Positions 28,422 through 38,353 of a DNA stretch of 64,000 nucleotides are shown here, piece by piece (within the stretch, counting starts at the first letter, position 1; every line of letters starts with the position of its first letter). The translations under genes were made by a program, and so were the position numbers. The stretch lies in the NCBI GenBank assembly GCA_963662795.1, contig OY759746.1, positions 1,536,001-1,600,000 of the forward strand, read 5' to 3'. The notes below the pieces were generated by a model. The model was not told where the DNA came from. It made no database searches and worked only from the letters and a program-made list of their open reading frames with translations. The DNA comes from Spirochaetia bacterium (GTDB taxonomy: Bacteria > Spirochaetota > Spirochaetia > CADAEX01).

Positions 28422-29560
28422 TGATATCTCTCCTTTGATAGTATTTTCACCCCGTTTCTAAGTCCCTCTGCCATTTTTATTGATCCCCTGACTTTCCGGA
28501 GTATTTCCAGACCTTTTTCTTTATTGGTTCCTTCCAGTCTGAGCACCAGAAGCGTTTTTCCAAGTTTTTCCATTGCGTTTTCAACTCCCCTGGCTATTTC
28601 ATCGCAACGGGTTATACCGCCGAAAATATTTATAAAAATAGTGTTTACTCTGGGGTTGGATGCGACTATCTGCAATGCCCCGTTAATGCGTTCTGCAGTT
28701 GCTCCGCCCCCAAGATCAAGGGCACAGGTAACTGTCATCCCATTTTTGGAAATAAGATCAATTGAAGACATGATCATACCTGATCCATTGCTGATTACAG
28801 CAATGGATCCTTTATTTTTTACTGGTATATACAAAAACTGGTATTTTCTGGCATTAAGAATAAGTAAGTTGTCTTCCATTTCATCCCTGAAAGACTGAAG
28901 ATCTGGATGCCGGTAAAGCGCATTGTTGTCCACATCTATCTTGCCATCCAAAGCCAATATATTATTTTCATAATCTACAATCAATGGGTTTATCTCTGCG
29001 AGCAGGCAATCCTTCTTGACAAACACTTTATACAGCTTGCTGCAGACATCTCTGAAAGATTGATTATATTTCTTTTCCAAGCCTGTTTTATCGATAGCAT
29101 ACTGGATATAATAATCATCCAGTTCCCGAGCAGGATGAAGAAGCACTTTCACAACTTTTTTAGGATATTTTTCAGCTATTTCATTGATATCTATTCCCCC
29201 TTCGGGGCTGAAAATCATTACCGGGAGTTTGTGCTTCCTGTCCAGAGTGAAGCTTAAGTACATCTCTTTTTTGATTTCCAACTTGCTTGTAATGAACACC
29301 TTTTTTACAGAGAGGTTTTTAATTTTCATTTCAAGAATAGCAGCTGTTTTTTCTTCCATTTCCTTAAAATTACCGGCGAACTGAATTCCTCCTGCTTTGC
29401 CGCGGCCACCTGTCTGCACTTGTGCCTTTATTACAACAGGATAGTTAACCGGCTTTTTTCTGCCATTTAATTCCTGGGAAGAACTTACAACAAATCCTTC
29501 ACTGCAGGGTAGTTCAAAATCGCGGAAAATCTCGTGAGCCTTATATTCCAGCAGTTTCAT
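28418..29560 (-). CDS. sucC: Succinyl-CoA synthetase beta subunit
   Basis: MKLLEY, KAQVQTGGRGKAGG, EINPL and NIFGGITRCD. Confidence 0.93.
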   Translation of the reverse strand: MKLLEYKAHEIFRDFELPCSEGFVVSSSQELNGRKKPVNYPVVIKAQVQTGGRGKAGGIQFAGNFKEMEEKTAAILEMKIKNLSVKKVFITSKLEIKKEMYLSFTLDRKHKLPVMIFSPEGGIDINEIAEKYPKKVVKVLLHPARELDDYYIQYAIDKTGLEKKYNQSFRDVCSKLYKVFVKKDCLLAEINPLIVDYENNILALDGKIDVDNNALYRHPDLQSFRDEMEDNLLILNARKYQFLYIPVKNKGSIAVISNGSGMIMSSIDLISKNGMTVTCALDLGGGATAERINGALQIVASNPRVNTIFINIFGGITRCDEIARGVENAMEKLGKTLLVLRLEGTNKEKGLEILRKVRGSIKMAEGLRNGVKILSKERYQ

Positions 29561-29565
29561 TTTAA

Positions 29566-30939
29566 CTAATCCTCCAGAGCCCAGATTTCTTCATCAGAGG
29601 GAATGACTGTATTCTTCTTAATACTGGCGACTCTGGTGATATTCAGCAGGTGTTTATAATAAAAATTTTCTGAAATACTATTATTACCCCATGAACCGCA
29701 TCCCAGGGTACTGGTAGGATTAAGACTGTTGTAAAAACTGCCCCCAATATTGGTAGAACATGCCTGATTGACCAATACCCGGCTAACTGGAACTTTTTCT
29801 GCAAGCTGCAGAATATGTTCACTGTTTTCAGAATGAATGACAACCGAATGTCCTTTCCCTTCAATATCAAGGTTCTCTAGAGCTATTTGAATAGCCTGAC
29901 TGAAATCCTTATATTTAAAAGGAGTAATAACAGGAAACATTTTTTCCCTGCGCAGCAGACTGTTTTTATTTGATGCTTCCTCTGGAATTACAATTAGCAA
30001 GGTATCTTCAGGCATCATCACTTCGGCAGCTTTTGCTATGGTCTGTATTTCCTGTCCGACAAGTTTTTTATTTAGTTGCCCTTCGGGAAACAGGGTTGAA
30101 ATCAGTTTCTCTCTTTCTTTAATGTCTGAAACTATATATCCACCATTAGCTCGAAGTTCACTTATAACCTCATCATACAGTTCTTCCGGGGCAATTACAG
30201 TCTGTTCACCTGAACAAATAATGCCATTGTCAAAAATCCGGCCGCTAACAAGTGTGGCCACAGCTTTTTTTAATTCAATGCCGCGGTCAATGATGCATTG
30301 CACATTACCCGCACCTACTCCGAAAGAAGGTTTACCGCTGGAATAAACAGCCTTAACCATTCCTGGGCCCCCCGTGGCCACAGAGACATCCGTCATTTTA
30401 ACCAGTAGATTGGTACGCTCTATAGAAATATCTTCAACACACTGAATAATATTTTCCGGTGCCTTAAGTTTTTTGATTGCTTCATTCCATTGATCTACCA
30501 GATACTTTGTACAGGTTTTTGCCCTTGGATGCGGAGCAATAATAATAGTATTACGTCCTTTAAGTGCTGCCATGGCATTTGCCATAGGAGTTACAATCGG
30601 ATTTGTTGTGGGCTGAATAGCACCAACAACTCCAACAGGCTTTGCGATTTCTATAATTCCCGCTTCCTTATCATTTGAGATAATACCCATTGATTTTTTA
30701 CCCTTGAGGCTATACCACATGATACGGGCTTTCCCCTTATTCTTTTGAGTTTTAAATTCTATACTGCCCATAACAGTTTCGTCATATGCCATTTTGGCTA
30801 GTGGTAATGCATTATCATAAACATACTTGCCAATTTCACGAACAATTCTATCCACAGTTTTCTGATCAAAGGATTCATATTCTTTTAAAGCTATTCGTGA
30901 TTTTTTTACCAAACTCTCAATATACATCCTGTCTTCCAT
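29566..30939 (-). CDS. CoA-acylating aldehyde dehydrogenase (succinate-semialdehyde dehydrogenase, acylating type)
   Basis: PTTNP, APHPRA, ATGGPGMV, GVGAGN, FDNGIICSGEQ, EKMFPV and TLGCGSWG. Confidence 0.88.
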   Translation of the reverse strand: MEDRMYIESLVKKSRIALKEYESFDQKTVDRIVREIGKYVYDNALPLAKMAYDETVMGSIEFKTQKNKGKARIMWYSLKGKKSMGIISNDKEAGIIEIAKPVGVVGAIQPTTNPIVTPMANAMAALKGRNTIIIAPHPRAKTCTKYLVDQWNEAIKKLKAPENIIQCVEDISIERTNLLVKMTDVSVATGGPGMVKAVYSSGKPSFGVGAGNVQCIIDRGIELKKAVATLVSGRIFDNGIICSGEQTVIAPEELYDEVISELRANGGYIVSDIKEREKLISTLFPEGQLNKKLVGQEIQTIAKAAEVMMPEDTLLIVIPEEASNKNSLLRREKMFPVITPFKYKDFSQAIQIALENLDIEGKGHSVVIHSENSEHILQLAEKVPVSRVLVNQACSTNIGGSFYNSLNPTSTLGCGSWGNNSISENFYYKHLLNITRVASIKKNTVIPSDEEIWALED

Positions 30940-30973
30940 AAAGATCTCCAAAATATTTGTTCTCAATACTTAA

Positions 30974-32326
30974 TTATTTTATTGTAAATTTATTTATTGC
31001 TTCTTCTATAATTTCCAGGCCTGCAGTTATTTGTTCATCTGTTGTTACCAAAGGCATCAGCAGTCTGATCGTCTGATTATAAGAACCAGCATTTTTTAGA
31101 AGTAATCCCTTATATTTGCAAAAGTTAATGATTTTTATTGCAGTTTCTGAGTCAGGTTCTTTTGTTGTCCTGTTCTTAACAAATTCAATCGAAAGCATTG
31201 CACCAATACCCCTGTAAATACCTATTGTTGGATATTTTTTATGCCACTCTGCAAACCGCAGCATACATTTCTCATTTATTCTCATTGCTTTAGCTGCATA
31301 ATTGTCCCGTTTCAATATTTCAATTACTTTTAATGCAGAAGCACATGCCAATGGATTTCCTCCATATGTTCCGCCTATTTCTCCAGATTGCAGAGACTGC
31401 ATGATCTCTTCTTTTGCAGTAACAGCACTGATAGGAAGTCCAGCCGCCAGTGACTTTGCACTTACCAGGATATCTGCATACACATCTTCATCGGCCCAAT
31501 AATCTGTAGCAAACATTCTTCCTGTCCGGCAAAAACCAGTCTGGACTTCATCGGCGATTAATAAAATTTCGTACCGGTCACACAGTTTCCTTAATTGCTT
31601 TATATATCCAGTCGGAGGTGCTATAAAACCATTTTCGCCCTGAATTGGTTCGATAATAAATGCAGCAACACTTTTGGGAGCAAGATAATCCACAAACATA
31701 TACTCCAATTGATTGATATAATGTTTAACAATGTCTTCTTTGGGAATATTTTTATCCGTTCTGTATTCATTGGGAAATTCTGCTCGATGAACACCAGGCA
31801 TAAGCGGTATAAACGAGGCTTTATAAATATTTCCACTAGTTAAAGTCATTGCCATATAGGTTCTTCCATGAAATCCACCTGAAAAAGCAATAATCTCTGT
31901 CCGCCCGGTATATTTTCTGGCTATTTTTACTGCATTCTCAATTGCTTCAGATCCACTATTAAAAAATGCTGTTCTTTTTTTAAAATCCCCGGGAGTAATT
32001 GCATTCAGGGTTTCTGCCAGATCTATATACTCTTTATAGTGGATGGTATTTATCTGTGGATGAAAATAACGTTCAGCCTGTTCCTGAACAACCTTTATAA
32101 CTTCTTTGTTGCTATGCCCTATGTTTAATACGCCTATTCCGGCTACCCAGTCCATAAAAATGTTGCCGTCCAGATCCTGCACCATTGCTCCTTCGCTTTT
32201 GTCAATAACATAGGGAGCAGAACAGGCAATTGCAGATGGAACAGCCTTGTTCCTTTTTTCTATAACTGATTTACATTTTGGTCCCGGTAATTCTGTAATA
32301 ATTTTAGGCAGTGAATTAATTAGCAT
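30974..32326 (-). CDS. gabT: 4-aminobutyrate aminotransferase (class III PLP)
   Basis: NSGSEAIENAVKIAR, FHGRT, EPIQGE, DEVQTG, AKSLAAG and GGTYGGNP. Confidence 0.88.
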   Translation of the reverse strand: MLINSLPKIITELPGPKCKSVIEKRNKAVPSAIACSAPYVIDKSEGAMVQDLDGNIFMDWVAGIGVLNIGHSNKEVIKVVQEQAERYFHPQINTIHYKEYIDLAETLNAITPGDFKKRTAFFNSGSEAIENAVKIARKYTGRTEIIAFSGGFHGRTYMAMTLTSGNIYKASFIPLMPGVHRAEFPNEYRTDKNIPKEDIVKHYINQLEYMFVDYLAPKSVAAFIIEPIQGENGFIAPPTGYIKQLRKLCDRYEILLIADEVQTGFCRTGRMFATDYWADEDVYADILVSAKSLAAGLPISAVTAKEEIMQSLQSGEIGGTYGGNPLACASALKVIEILKRDNYAAKAMRINEKCMLRFAEWHKKYPTIGIYRGIGAMLSIEFVKNRTTKEPDSETAIKIINFCKYKGLLLKNAGSYNQTIRLLMPLVTTDEQITAGLEIIEEAINKFTIK

Positions 32327-32363
32327 TGTTGATCCTCACTTGTGATTTGTATATCAGTTGTAA

Positions 32364-32379
32364 TGCAATTTACATGCCA
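32364..32379 (-). promoter_or_regulatory. Sigma-54 promoter of the gabT operon
   Basis: TGGCAT-gtaaa-TTGCA on the minus strand, just upstream of gabT. Confidence 0.85.
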
Positions 32380-32494
32380 TTTGATTAGTTTTTTCATTGA
32401 GGTGAGGTATTTTTAATATTTTGGCTGAAAAACTTTTATTACATTATTTAATTGCTATTCAAAACATGTATTCATTTAATTTTTTATTAAAATA

Positions 32495-32514
32495 AGTATT
32501 ACTAAAGTAATACT
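32495..32514. promoter_or_regulatory. Candidate upstream activator sequence
   Basis: Perfect AGTATTACT-aa-AGTAATACT about 120 bp upstream of the -24 element. Confidence 0.55.
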
Positions 32515-32573
32515 ATATTGCATTTTTAATAATTTAATTATAAATATTACTAAAAGAATGGAGAATTTAAATC

Positions 32574-34220
32574 ATGAACATCAATTTTTTTTCCTTGAAA
32601 GATCCGGCATTGCTAATCGATTCTCAAAATCAGATTATAACTTCTAACTCGTCATTCAATGAGCTTTTTGAGGATGATTATAAAAAAGAAAGAATAATAG
32701 ATGATCTGATAAAAAATAATGAAAATTTTTTATATTCAATTGATGGCGAAGAATATCTAATATTGTTTCTTAGTCTAAATGATATAGCTAAAAAAATAAT
32801 GATAATGATTAATATGAAATATATTGGAAATGTAATAAAAGATACAGAAACATTTAAATCAATGCAAGATGATTTTTTCAATATACTTGGGGCAATTCAT
32901 GATGATTTTGTTATAATAGACAGTAACGGTGTCATTACCCATGCTCTTCCAAACTTTGAATCATTATATGGTATTCCAAGTCAAATAGCGATAGGAAGTA
33001 CAATTTTCGATATGGAAAAACAAAAAATATTTAATCCGTCTGTTGCGGCGCGGGTATTAAAATCAAAAAAAACGGAGACAATGCTACAATATACAGGAGC
33101 GAATAAGTATTTGATGTGTACAGCGATACCAATAAAGGATAAAAATGACAATATAATTAAAGTAATTAGCTACACCCGTGATATTACAAAATATGAATCC
33201 CTTGAAATGGAATATAATAATCTAGAAAAAACCCTAAAGCTTTATAGCGCTGAATTAGAAGAATTAAGAACTTATAGAGCAATTCCGTCCATAATTGGCA
33301 CAGATCCATCTTTTAAAAGAATTATTGCAATGATACAAAAAATTGCGAAATTCGATGCTTCTGTTCTTTTCCTGGGAGAATCAGGAGTCGGAAAATCAAT
33401 GTTTGCTAAATTAATGCACTCTCAAAGCAACAGAAGTTCAGGCCCTTTTATTGAAATACATTGTAGTACAATACCTGAGAACCTTATAGAATCAGAATTG
33501 TTTGGTTATGAAAAAGGGGCTTTTACTGGAGCAAATAAAGAAGGAAAAATTGGGTTAATAGAGTTATCAAATAAGGGTACGTTATTTTTAGACGAAATAG
33601 GAGATCTGCCTCCCCATATCCAGGTAAAACTTTTAAAAGTTATCCAAGAGAAAAAAATTATCCACATAGGTGGTGTTTCAGAAAAAATTGTTGATTTCCG
33701 TTTAATAACTGCAACAAATAGAGATTTAGAACGTATGGTAAAAAATGGTGATTTTAGAGAGGATTTGTTTTACCGCCTGCATATAATGACTTTCAGGATA
33801 CCAAGTTTGCGGGAAAGAAAAGATGATATTTTCCCTTTGTGCGAATATTTTATAAAAAAAATTACTGCAAAACATAATATTTCACGCGCACTCTCAAACA
33901 CAACCTTAGATTATCTTATAGAATATAAATGGCCCGGAAATATACGGGAACTTGAAAATATAATTGAAAGATTAGTATTAACATCTGATGATTATCTGAT
34001 TACACCGGATGATCTCCCTGCATCAATAAAATCACAAGAATTTTCCTCAATAATCGGAGAAAATAGTTTAAAAACAATATTGGAGAAAATTGAAAAGCAA
34101 GTAGTAATAAATTCATTTGAAAAACATGGGACAACAATTGGGGTTGCAAAAGCTCTCGGAATTAGCCAACCATCTGCTTCAATAAAGATTAATAAATATT
34201 GTAAAATAGAAAAGAATTAA
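32574..34220 (+). CDS. Sigma-54 enhancer-binding protein (PAS-AAA+-HTH)
   Basis: GESGVGKS, ESELFG, GAFTGA, LFLDEIG, FREDLFYRL and WPGNIREL. Confidence 0.96.
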   Translation: MNINFFSLKDPALLIDSQNQIITSNSSFNELFEDDYKKERIIDDLIKNNENFLYSIDGEEYLILFLSLNDIAKKIMIMINMKYIGNVIKDTETFKSMQDDFFNILGAIHDDFVIIDSNGVITHALPNFESLYGIPSQIAIGSTIFDMEKQKIFNPSVAARVLKSKKTETMLQYTGANKYLMCTAIPIKDKNDNIIKVISYTRDITKYESLEMEYNNLEKTLKLYSAELEELRTYRAIPSIIGTDPSFKRIIAMIQKIAKFDASVLFLGESGVGKSMFAKLMHSQSNRSSGPFIEIHCSTIPENLIESELFGYEKGAFTGANKEGKIGLIELSNKGTLFLDEIGDLPPHIQVKLLKVIQEKKIIHIGGVSEKIVDFRLITATNRDLERMVKNGDFREDLFYRLHIMTFRIPSLRERKDDIFPLCEYFIKKITAKHNISRALSNTTLDYLIEYKWPGNIRELENIIERLVLTSDDYLITPDDLPASIKSQEFSSIIGENSLKTILEKIEKQVVINSFEKHGTTIGVAKALGISQPSASIKINKYCKIEKN

Positions 34221-34413
34221 AACTTATTTACTAAATTTTTAATATAATTATTATATTTTTAATAATATTACAGATTTTTTCGTTTAAATTTAATAGTAAT
34301 ATCAAAAATTTTATTCTTATAAATTTACCCCTTCTATTTATTCATAGAAAAGAATAATTATTTTCTATAATAAAAGTTTATTAATTACTCTAAAAGAAGG
34401 AGTTGTTAGTTTG

Positions 34414-34429
34414 TGGCACAATAATTGCT
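34414..34429 (+). promoter_or_regulatory. Sigma-54 promoter of the TRAP operon
   Basis: TGGCAC-aataa-TTGCT consensus. Confidence 0.88.
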
Positions 34430-34469
34430 ATAGTATTATTATGATTCAAATTACCTTATGGAGGATTCA

Positions 34470-35486
34470 ATGAAAAAAATACTTTTATTACTTCTAATTA
34501 TAGGATTAATAATACAGGTCACGTTTGCTACTGGACAAAAAGAAGTACCTGTTGAAAAGAAAACTTTCTTAATTCGAATAGGTCATGTTTTGCAAGAAAC
34601 AACGCCTAGCCATATTATGTTTTCAGATGGTTTAAAGAAATATGTTGAGGAGAAAAGTGATGGACGAATAAAAATTGAAATTTACCCAAATGGCTCTTTG
34701 GGCGGGGAAAGGCAAATGATAGAATCCACACAGCTTGGTACCCTTGACATTGCCTATGCAACAACGGCACTTCTGGCCAATTTTGATGAAAAATTTCTTA
34801 TTTTTGATTTGCCCTTTCTTTTTAATGATCAAAATATTGCACGCAAAGCTATTAATGGAGAACTTGGCCAGGCAATAGCATCTGATTTAAATAAAATAGG
34901 GCTCAAGCCTTTTGGTTATGCTGAAAACGGTTTCAGGCACATCTCCAACAATAAGAGACCAATTTTTAAACCGGAAGATTTAAAAGGTATTAAGATTCGA
35001 ACCATGGAAAATCCAATCCATATGCGATCATTTCAATTACTAGGGGCTTCTCCAACACCTATGGCGTTTACGGAATTGTATACTGGCTTACAACAGGGAA
35101 CTGTGGATGGTCAGGAAAATCCAATTTTTCTTACATATTCTTCTAAATTCAATGAAGTACAAAAATATTATTCTTTAACTGGTCATGTTTATGCTCCTGG
35201 TATTGCAGTTATGAATTTAAAACTATGGAACTCTTTGCCAAAAGATTTGCAAAAAATATTGGAAGAAGGAATGACCGAAGCACAGGAACTACAGTTTAAG
35301 CTTCTTGATGAACAAAATAAAACTGATCTTGTAAAATTAAGTAAATTAATGAATGTTAACGAACTTACTCCAGCGGAAAAAGCACTATTTATAGAAGCTA
35401 CAAAACCAGTGTATGATGAATTAGCAAAAAAAATTGGACAAAATATTGTTGATCTTGCCATGAAAGCAAACGAAACCTACAAATAA
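34470..35486 (+). CDS. dctP: TRAP substrate-binding protein
   Basis: YPNGSLGGE, ENGFR, DLKGIKIRTM, ELYTGLQQGTVDGQENP; conserved carboxylate-binding Arg. Confidence 0.95.
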   Translation: MKKILLLLLIIGLIIQVTFATGQKEVPVEKKTFLIRIGHVLQETTPSHIMFSDGLKKYVEEKSDGRIKIEIYPNGSLGGERQMIESTQLGTLDIAYATTALLANFDEKFLIFDLPFLFNDQNIARKAINGELGQAIASDLNKIGLKPFGYAENGFRHISNNKRPIFKPEDLKGIKIRTMENPIHMRSFQLLGASPTPMAFTELYTGLQQGTVDGQENPIFLTYSSKFNEVQKYYSLTGHVYAPGIAVMNLKLWNSLPKDLQKILEEGMTEAQELQFKLLDEQNKTDLVKLSKLMNVNELTPAEKALFIEATKPVYDELAKKIGQNIVDLAMKANETYK

Positions 35487-35493
35487 TGCATTT

Positions 35494-35529
35494 AATAGCT
35501 ACTTTAATTATTTAATTAAAGTAGCTATT
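35494..35529. terminator. Perfect 17-bp inverted repeat after dctP
   Basis: AATAGCTACTTTAATTA-tt-TAATTAAAGTAGCTATT. Confidence 0.7.
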
Positions 35530-35541
35530 TCTGGAGTAAGT

Positions 35542-36018
35542 ATGACGGTATTCAGAGAAATGAGAAGAAAAGAAAAACAGATGACATCAATTGAGGTCTT
35601 TAAAATTCTTGATAAAACAAGTTATATGGTACTTTCAACTGTTCTTGAAGACGAATATCCCTATTCCATTCCTCTAAACCATCTTTTTTCTGACGGAAAA
35701 ATATATTTTCATTCAGCGTTGGAGGGGCAAAAATGTGATGCATTTAATAAAGGGAACAAGGTGTGCATTTCCATAGTTGAATCTTTAACAGTAGTTCCTG
35801 ATAAATTTTCGACCAATTTCAGGAGTGTTACTGTTTTTGGAAAAATATACTTAGTAGAAAACCAGGATGAAAAAAAAGATGCTCTCATCGGACTGGTAAA
35901 AAAATATTCACCTGGCTTTACTGAGAGTGGAGCAGCATATATAGAAAAGCTTTTTGATAAAACAGCTGTATACCGTATTGAAATTGAACATTTTACAGGG
36001 AAGATGAGCAATAAGTAA
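35542..36018 (+). CDS. Nim-like pyridoxamine 5'-phosphate oxidase-family flavoprotein
   Basis: FREMRRK, YPYSIPL, IYFHSA, FRSVTVFG and IEHFTGK. Confidence 0.88.
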   Translation: MTVFREMRRKEKQMTSIEVFKILDKTSYMVLSTVLEDEYPYSIPLNHLFSDGKIYFHSALEGQKCDAFNKGNKVCISIVESLTVVPDKFSTNFRSVTVFGKIYLVENQDEKKDALIGLVKKYSPGFTESGAAYIEKLFDKTAVYRIEIEHFTGKMSNK

Positions 36019-36560
36019 GTGATATAGCGAAACTATAACAGAATTACAAGCCTGTTGATTAAATATAGAGGAGATTGTTTCGGTAAACTTTTGAAATAAA
36101 AATTGCGTTTTGTTTTATTTCTTTTAAATGTACTATGAGGTTTAATCCGAATTGCTTCTATGAATCGAAGTCATAAAATACATTATGACAATATTGTATG
36201 TGGATATAACTAAAAAATGCTTTTTTTAGTTAAAAACAACTATTGTTCATTTTATTATTGATAAGTCAATAAACAAAGAAAGGCTGATGATTATAGGATT
36301 TTACAGAAATATAGTAAAATGAAAAAGTATAAATATCCTTATAAAAAAAGCATAATTGTTACAATCAAGAAAACTGGTAATTTAGTTTATATAATTTAAA
36401 AAGAACAAAAAATAAATTGATCCTTTTATTGATGAATTTATAAGGAAAAATATAAGGATATGCGACGGCAGCATTGGATGTCGTGATGATCGGGTATCCC
36501 GACATAAAAACTATGAGCTTATATTTTAAAGTCTATGTGTGGCTTTATGGGGAGAAATTT

Positions 36561-37034
36561 ATGATAAAAAACATTTGGCAAAATTTTGAGGAATATATAT
36601 TGATTGGATCATTTTTCTTTGTCATTCCTTTACTATTCATGCAAATAATTATGCGCTATGTTTTTTCTAATTCAATTTCCTGGTCTGAAGAGCTAGCCAG
36701 ATATATATTTCTATGGCAAATATGGATTGGAGCAAGCTATGGTGTAAAAAAAACCCGGCATATTCGAATTGAAATCATTAAAGAACATATTTCCGAAAAA
36801 GGAAAAAATTTTATTGAATGTCTAACGATTAGTATTTCTATTATTTTTTGTGGATTTTTAGCAATAAAAGGAAGCGAATTGATTAGAAGTATTTTTTCTC
36901 TAGGGCAACTTTCTTCCGCACTTAGATTACCCATGGGATATCCCTACTTATCTGTACCAGTTGGTGCGACTTTAATGATAATTCGCTATAGTGAAAAGCT
37001 CTATGAAAACATTAAATCTTTTAAAGTGAGGTAG
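36561..37034 (+). CDS. dctQ: TRAP small permease
   Basis: RYVFSNSISWSEELARY and HIRIE; start MIKNI after GGGAG. Confidence 0.93.
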   Translation: MIKNIWQNFEEYILIGSFFFVIPLLFMQIIMRYVFSNSISWSEELARYIFLWQIWIGASYGVKKTRHIRIEIIKEHISEKGKNFIECLTISISIIFCGFLAIKGSELIRSIFSLGQLSSALRLPMGYPYLSVPVGATLMIIRYSEKLYENIKSFKVR

Positions 37035-37042
37035 TACAACAA

Positions 37043-38341
37043 ATGGAAATGACATTACTTTTTTTTCTTTTAATATTTTTCATTTCAATTAGTGTGCCTA
37101 TTGGCGTATCTCTTGGTTTATCAACATTAATTACAATGTTATTCACAAGTAAAATACCTGTGATTATGATTACACAGAATGCTTTCACTGCCCTTGACTC
37201 TTTTCCACTTATGGCGATCCCATTTTTTATTATGGCGGGGAATTTAATGTCTTTGGGTGGGATATCACGAAGAATAGTTGACCTATCTAATGCAATAATT
37301 GGAAACATTGTTGGTGCCTTAGGAATTATTACCGTATTTGCAAGTGCATTTTTTGCTGCTATTTCAGGTTCCGGACCGGCGACAGTTTCAGCAATAGGAT
37401 CCATGATGATTCCTGAAATGGAAAAGTCTGGGTATAATAAGGGATATGCAACAGCTCTGACTTGCTCTGCCGGAATTATTGGAGTAATAATTCCTCCTTC
37501 GATTCCTTTTGTAATTTATGGTGTTATCACTGGAACTTCTATTGGCGAATTATTTCTAGCTGGTTTTATTCCCGGATTATTGATTGCTGGGGTTTTAATA
37601 GCGATATCCGTTATAATATCTAAAAAAAATGGATATGGATTGAATGAAGTAAATAGTGCAAGACTTAAAAAGAAAGGATTTTTAAAAACCTTTAAAGATT
37701 CTTTTTGGGCATTATTAACACCCATTATTATTTTGGGAGGTATCTATGCCGGTGTTTTTACTCCGACAGAATCAGCAGTTGTTGCAATTGTCTATGCTTT
37801 GATTATTGGCCGCTTTGTTTATCATGAACTTACACTGAAAATAATCTTGACAACAATTAGAGAAACAGCAGTTATGACGGGAATTACATTATTTACAATA
37901 GGCTTATCAATGGCTTTTGCAAGTTTCTTAACCATGGAGCAAATTCCAATGAAAGTCGCAACACTAATGCTTGGGTTATCAAAAAATCCAATTATTATCC
38001 TTTTAATGATTAATGGGTTTTTATTATTTGTTGGACTCTTTATTGATAATATTTCCTCAATGACGATTTTAACTCCGATTTTTCTCCCTATTGTTGTATA
38101 TTGTGGCATAAACCCTGTTCATTTCGGTGTATTCATGACAGTAGCACTTTCAATTGGCTTTATTACCCCTCCCTATGGGGCAAATTTATTTATAGCATCA
38201 GCCGTAACAGGGTTAAAGATAGAAAAAATTGTAAAACACATAATCCCTTTTATGATCGGTTTAATTATATGTTTAATACTCATTACTTATTTTTCCGGGA
38301 TTAGTATGTTTTTACCAGACTTGGCATATCGATCATTTTAA
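37043..38341 (+). CDS. dctM: TRAP large permease
   Basis: AIPFFIMAG, ISGSGPAT, IIPPSIP, FTPTES and ITPPYG. Confidence 0.96.
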   Translation: MEMTLLFFLLIFFISISVPIGVSLGLSTLITMLFTSKIPVIMITQNAFTALDSFPLMAIPFFIMAGNLMSLGGISRRIVDLSNAIIGNIVGALGIITVFASAFFAAISGSGPATVSAIGSMMIPEMEKSGYNKGYATALTCSAGIIGVIIPPSIPFVIYGVITGTSIGELFLAGFIPGLLIAGVLIAISVIISKKNGYGLNEVNSARLKKKGFLKTFKDSFWALLTPIIILGGIYAGVFTPTESAVVAIVYALIIGRFVYHELTLKIILTTIRETAVMTGITLFTIGLSMAFASFLTMEQIPMKVATLMLGLSKNPIIILLMINGFLLFVGLFIDNISSMTILTPIFLPIVVYCGINPVHFGVFMTVALSIGFITPPYGANLFIASAVTGLKIEKIVKHIIPFMIGLIICLILITYFSGISMFLPDLAYRSF

Positions 38342-38353
38342 GGAGGGAAATAT

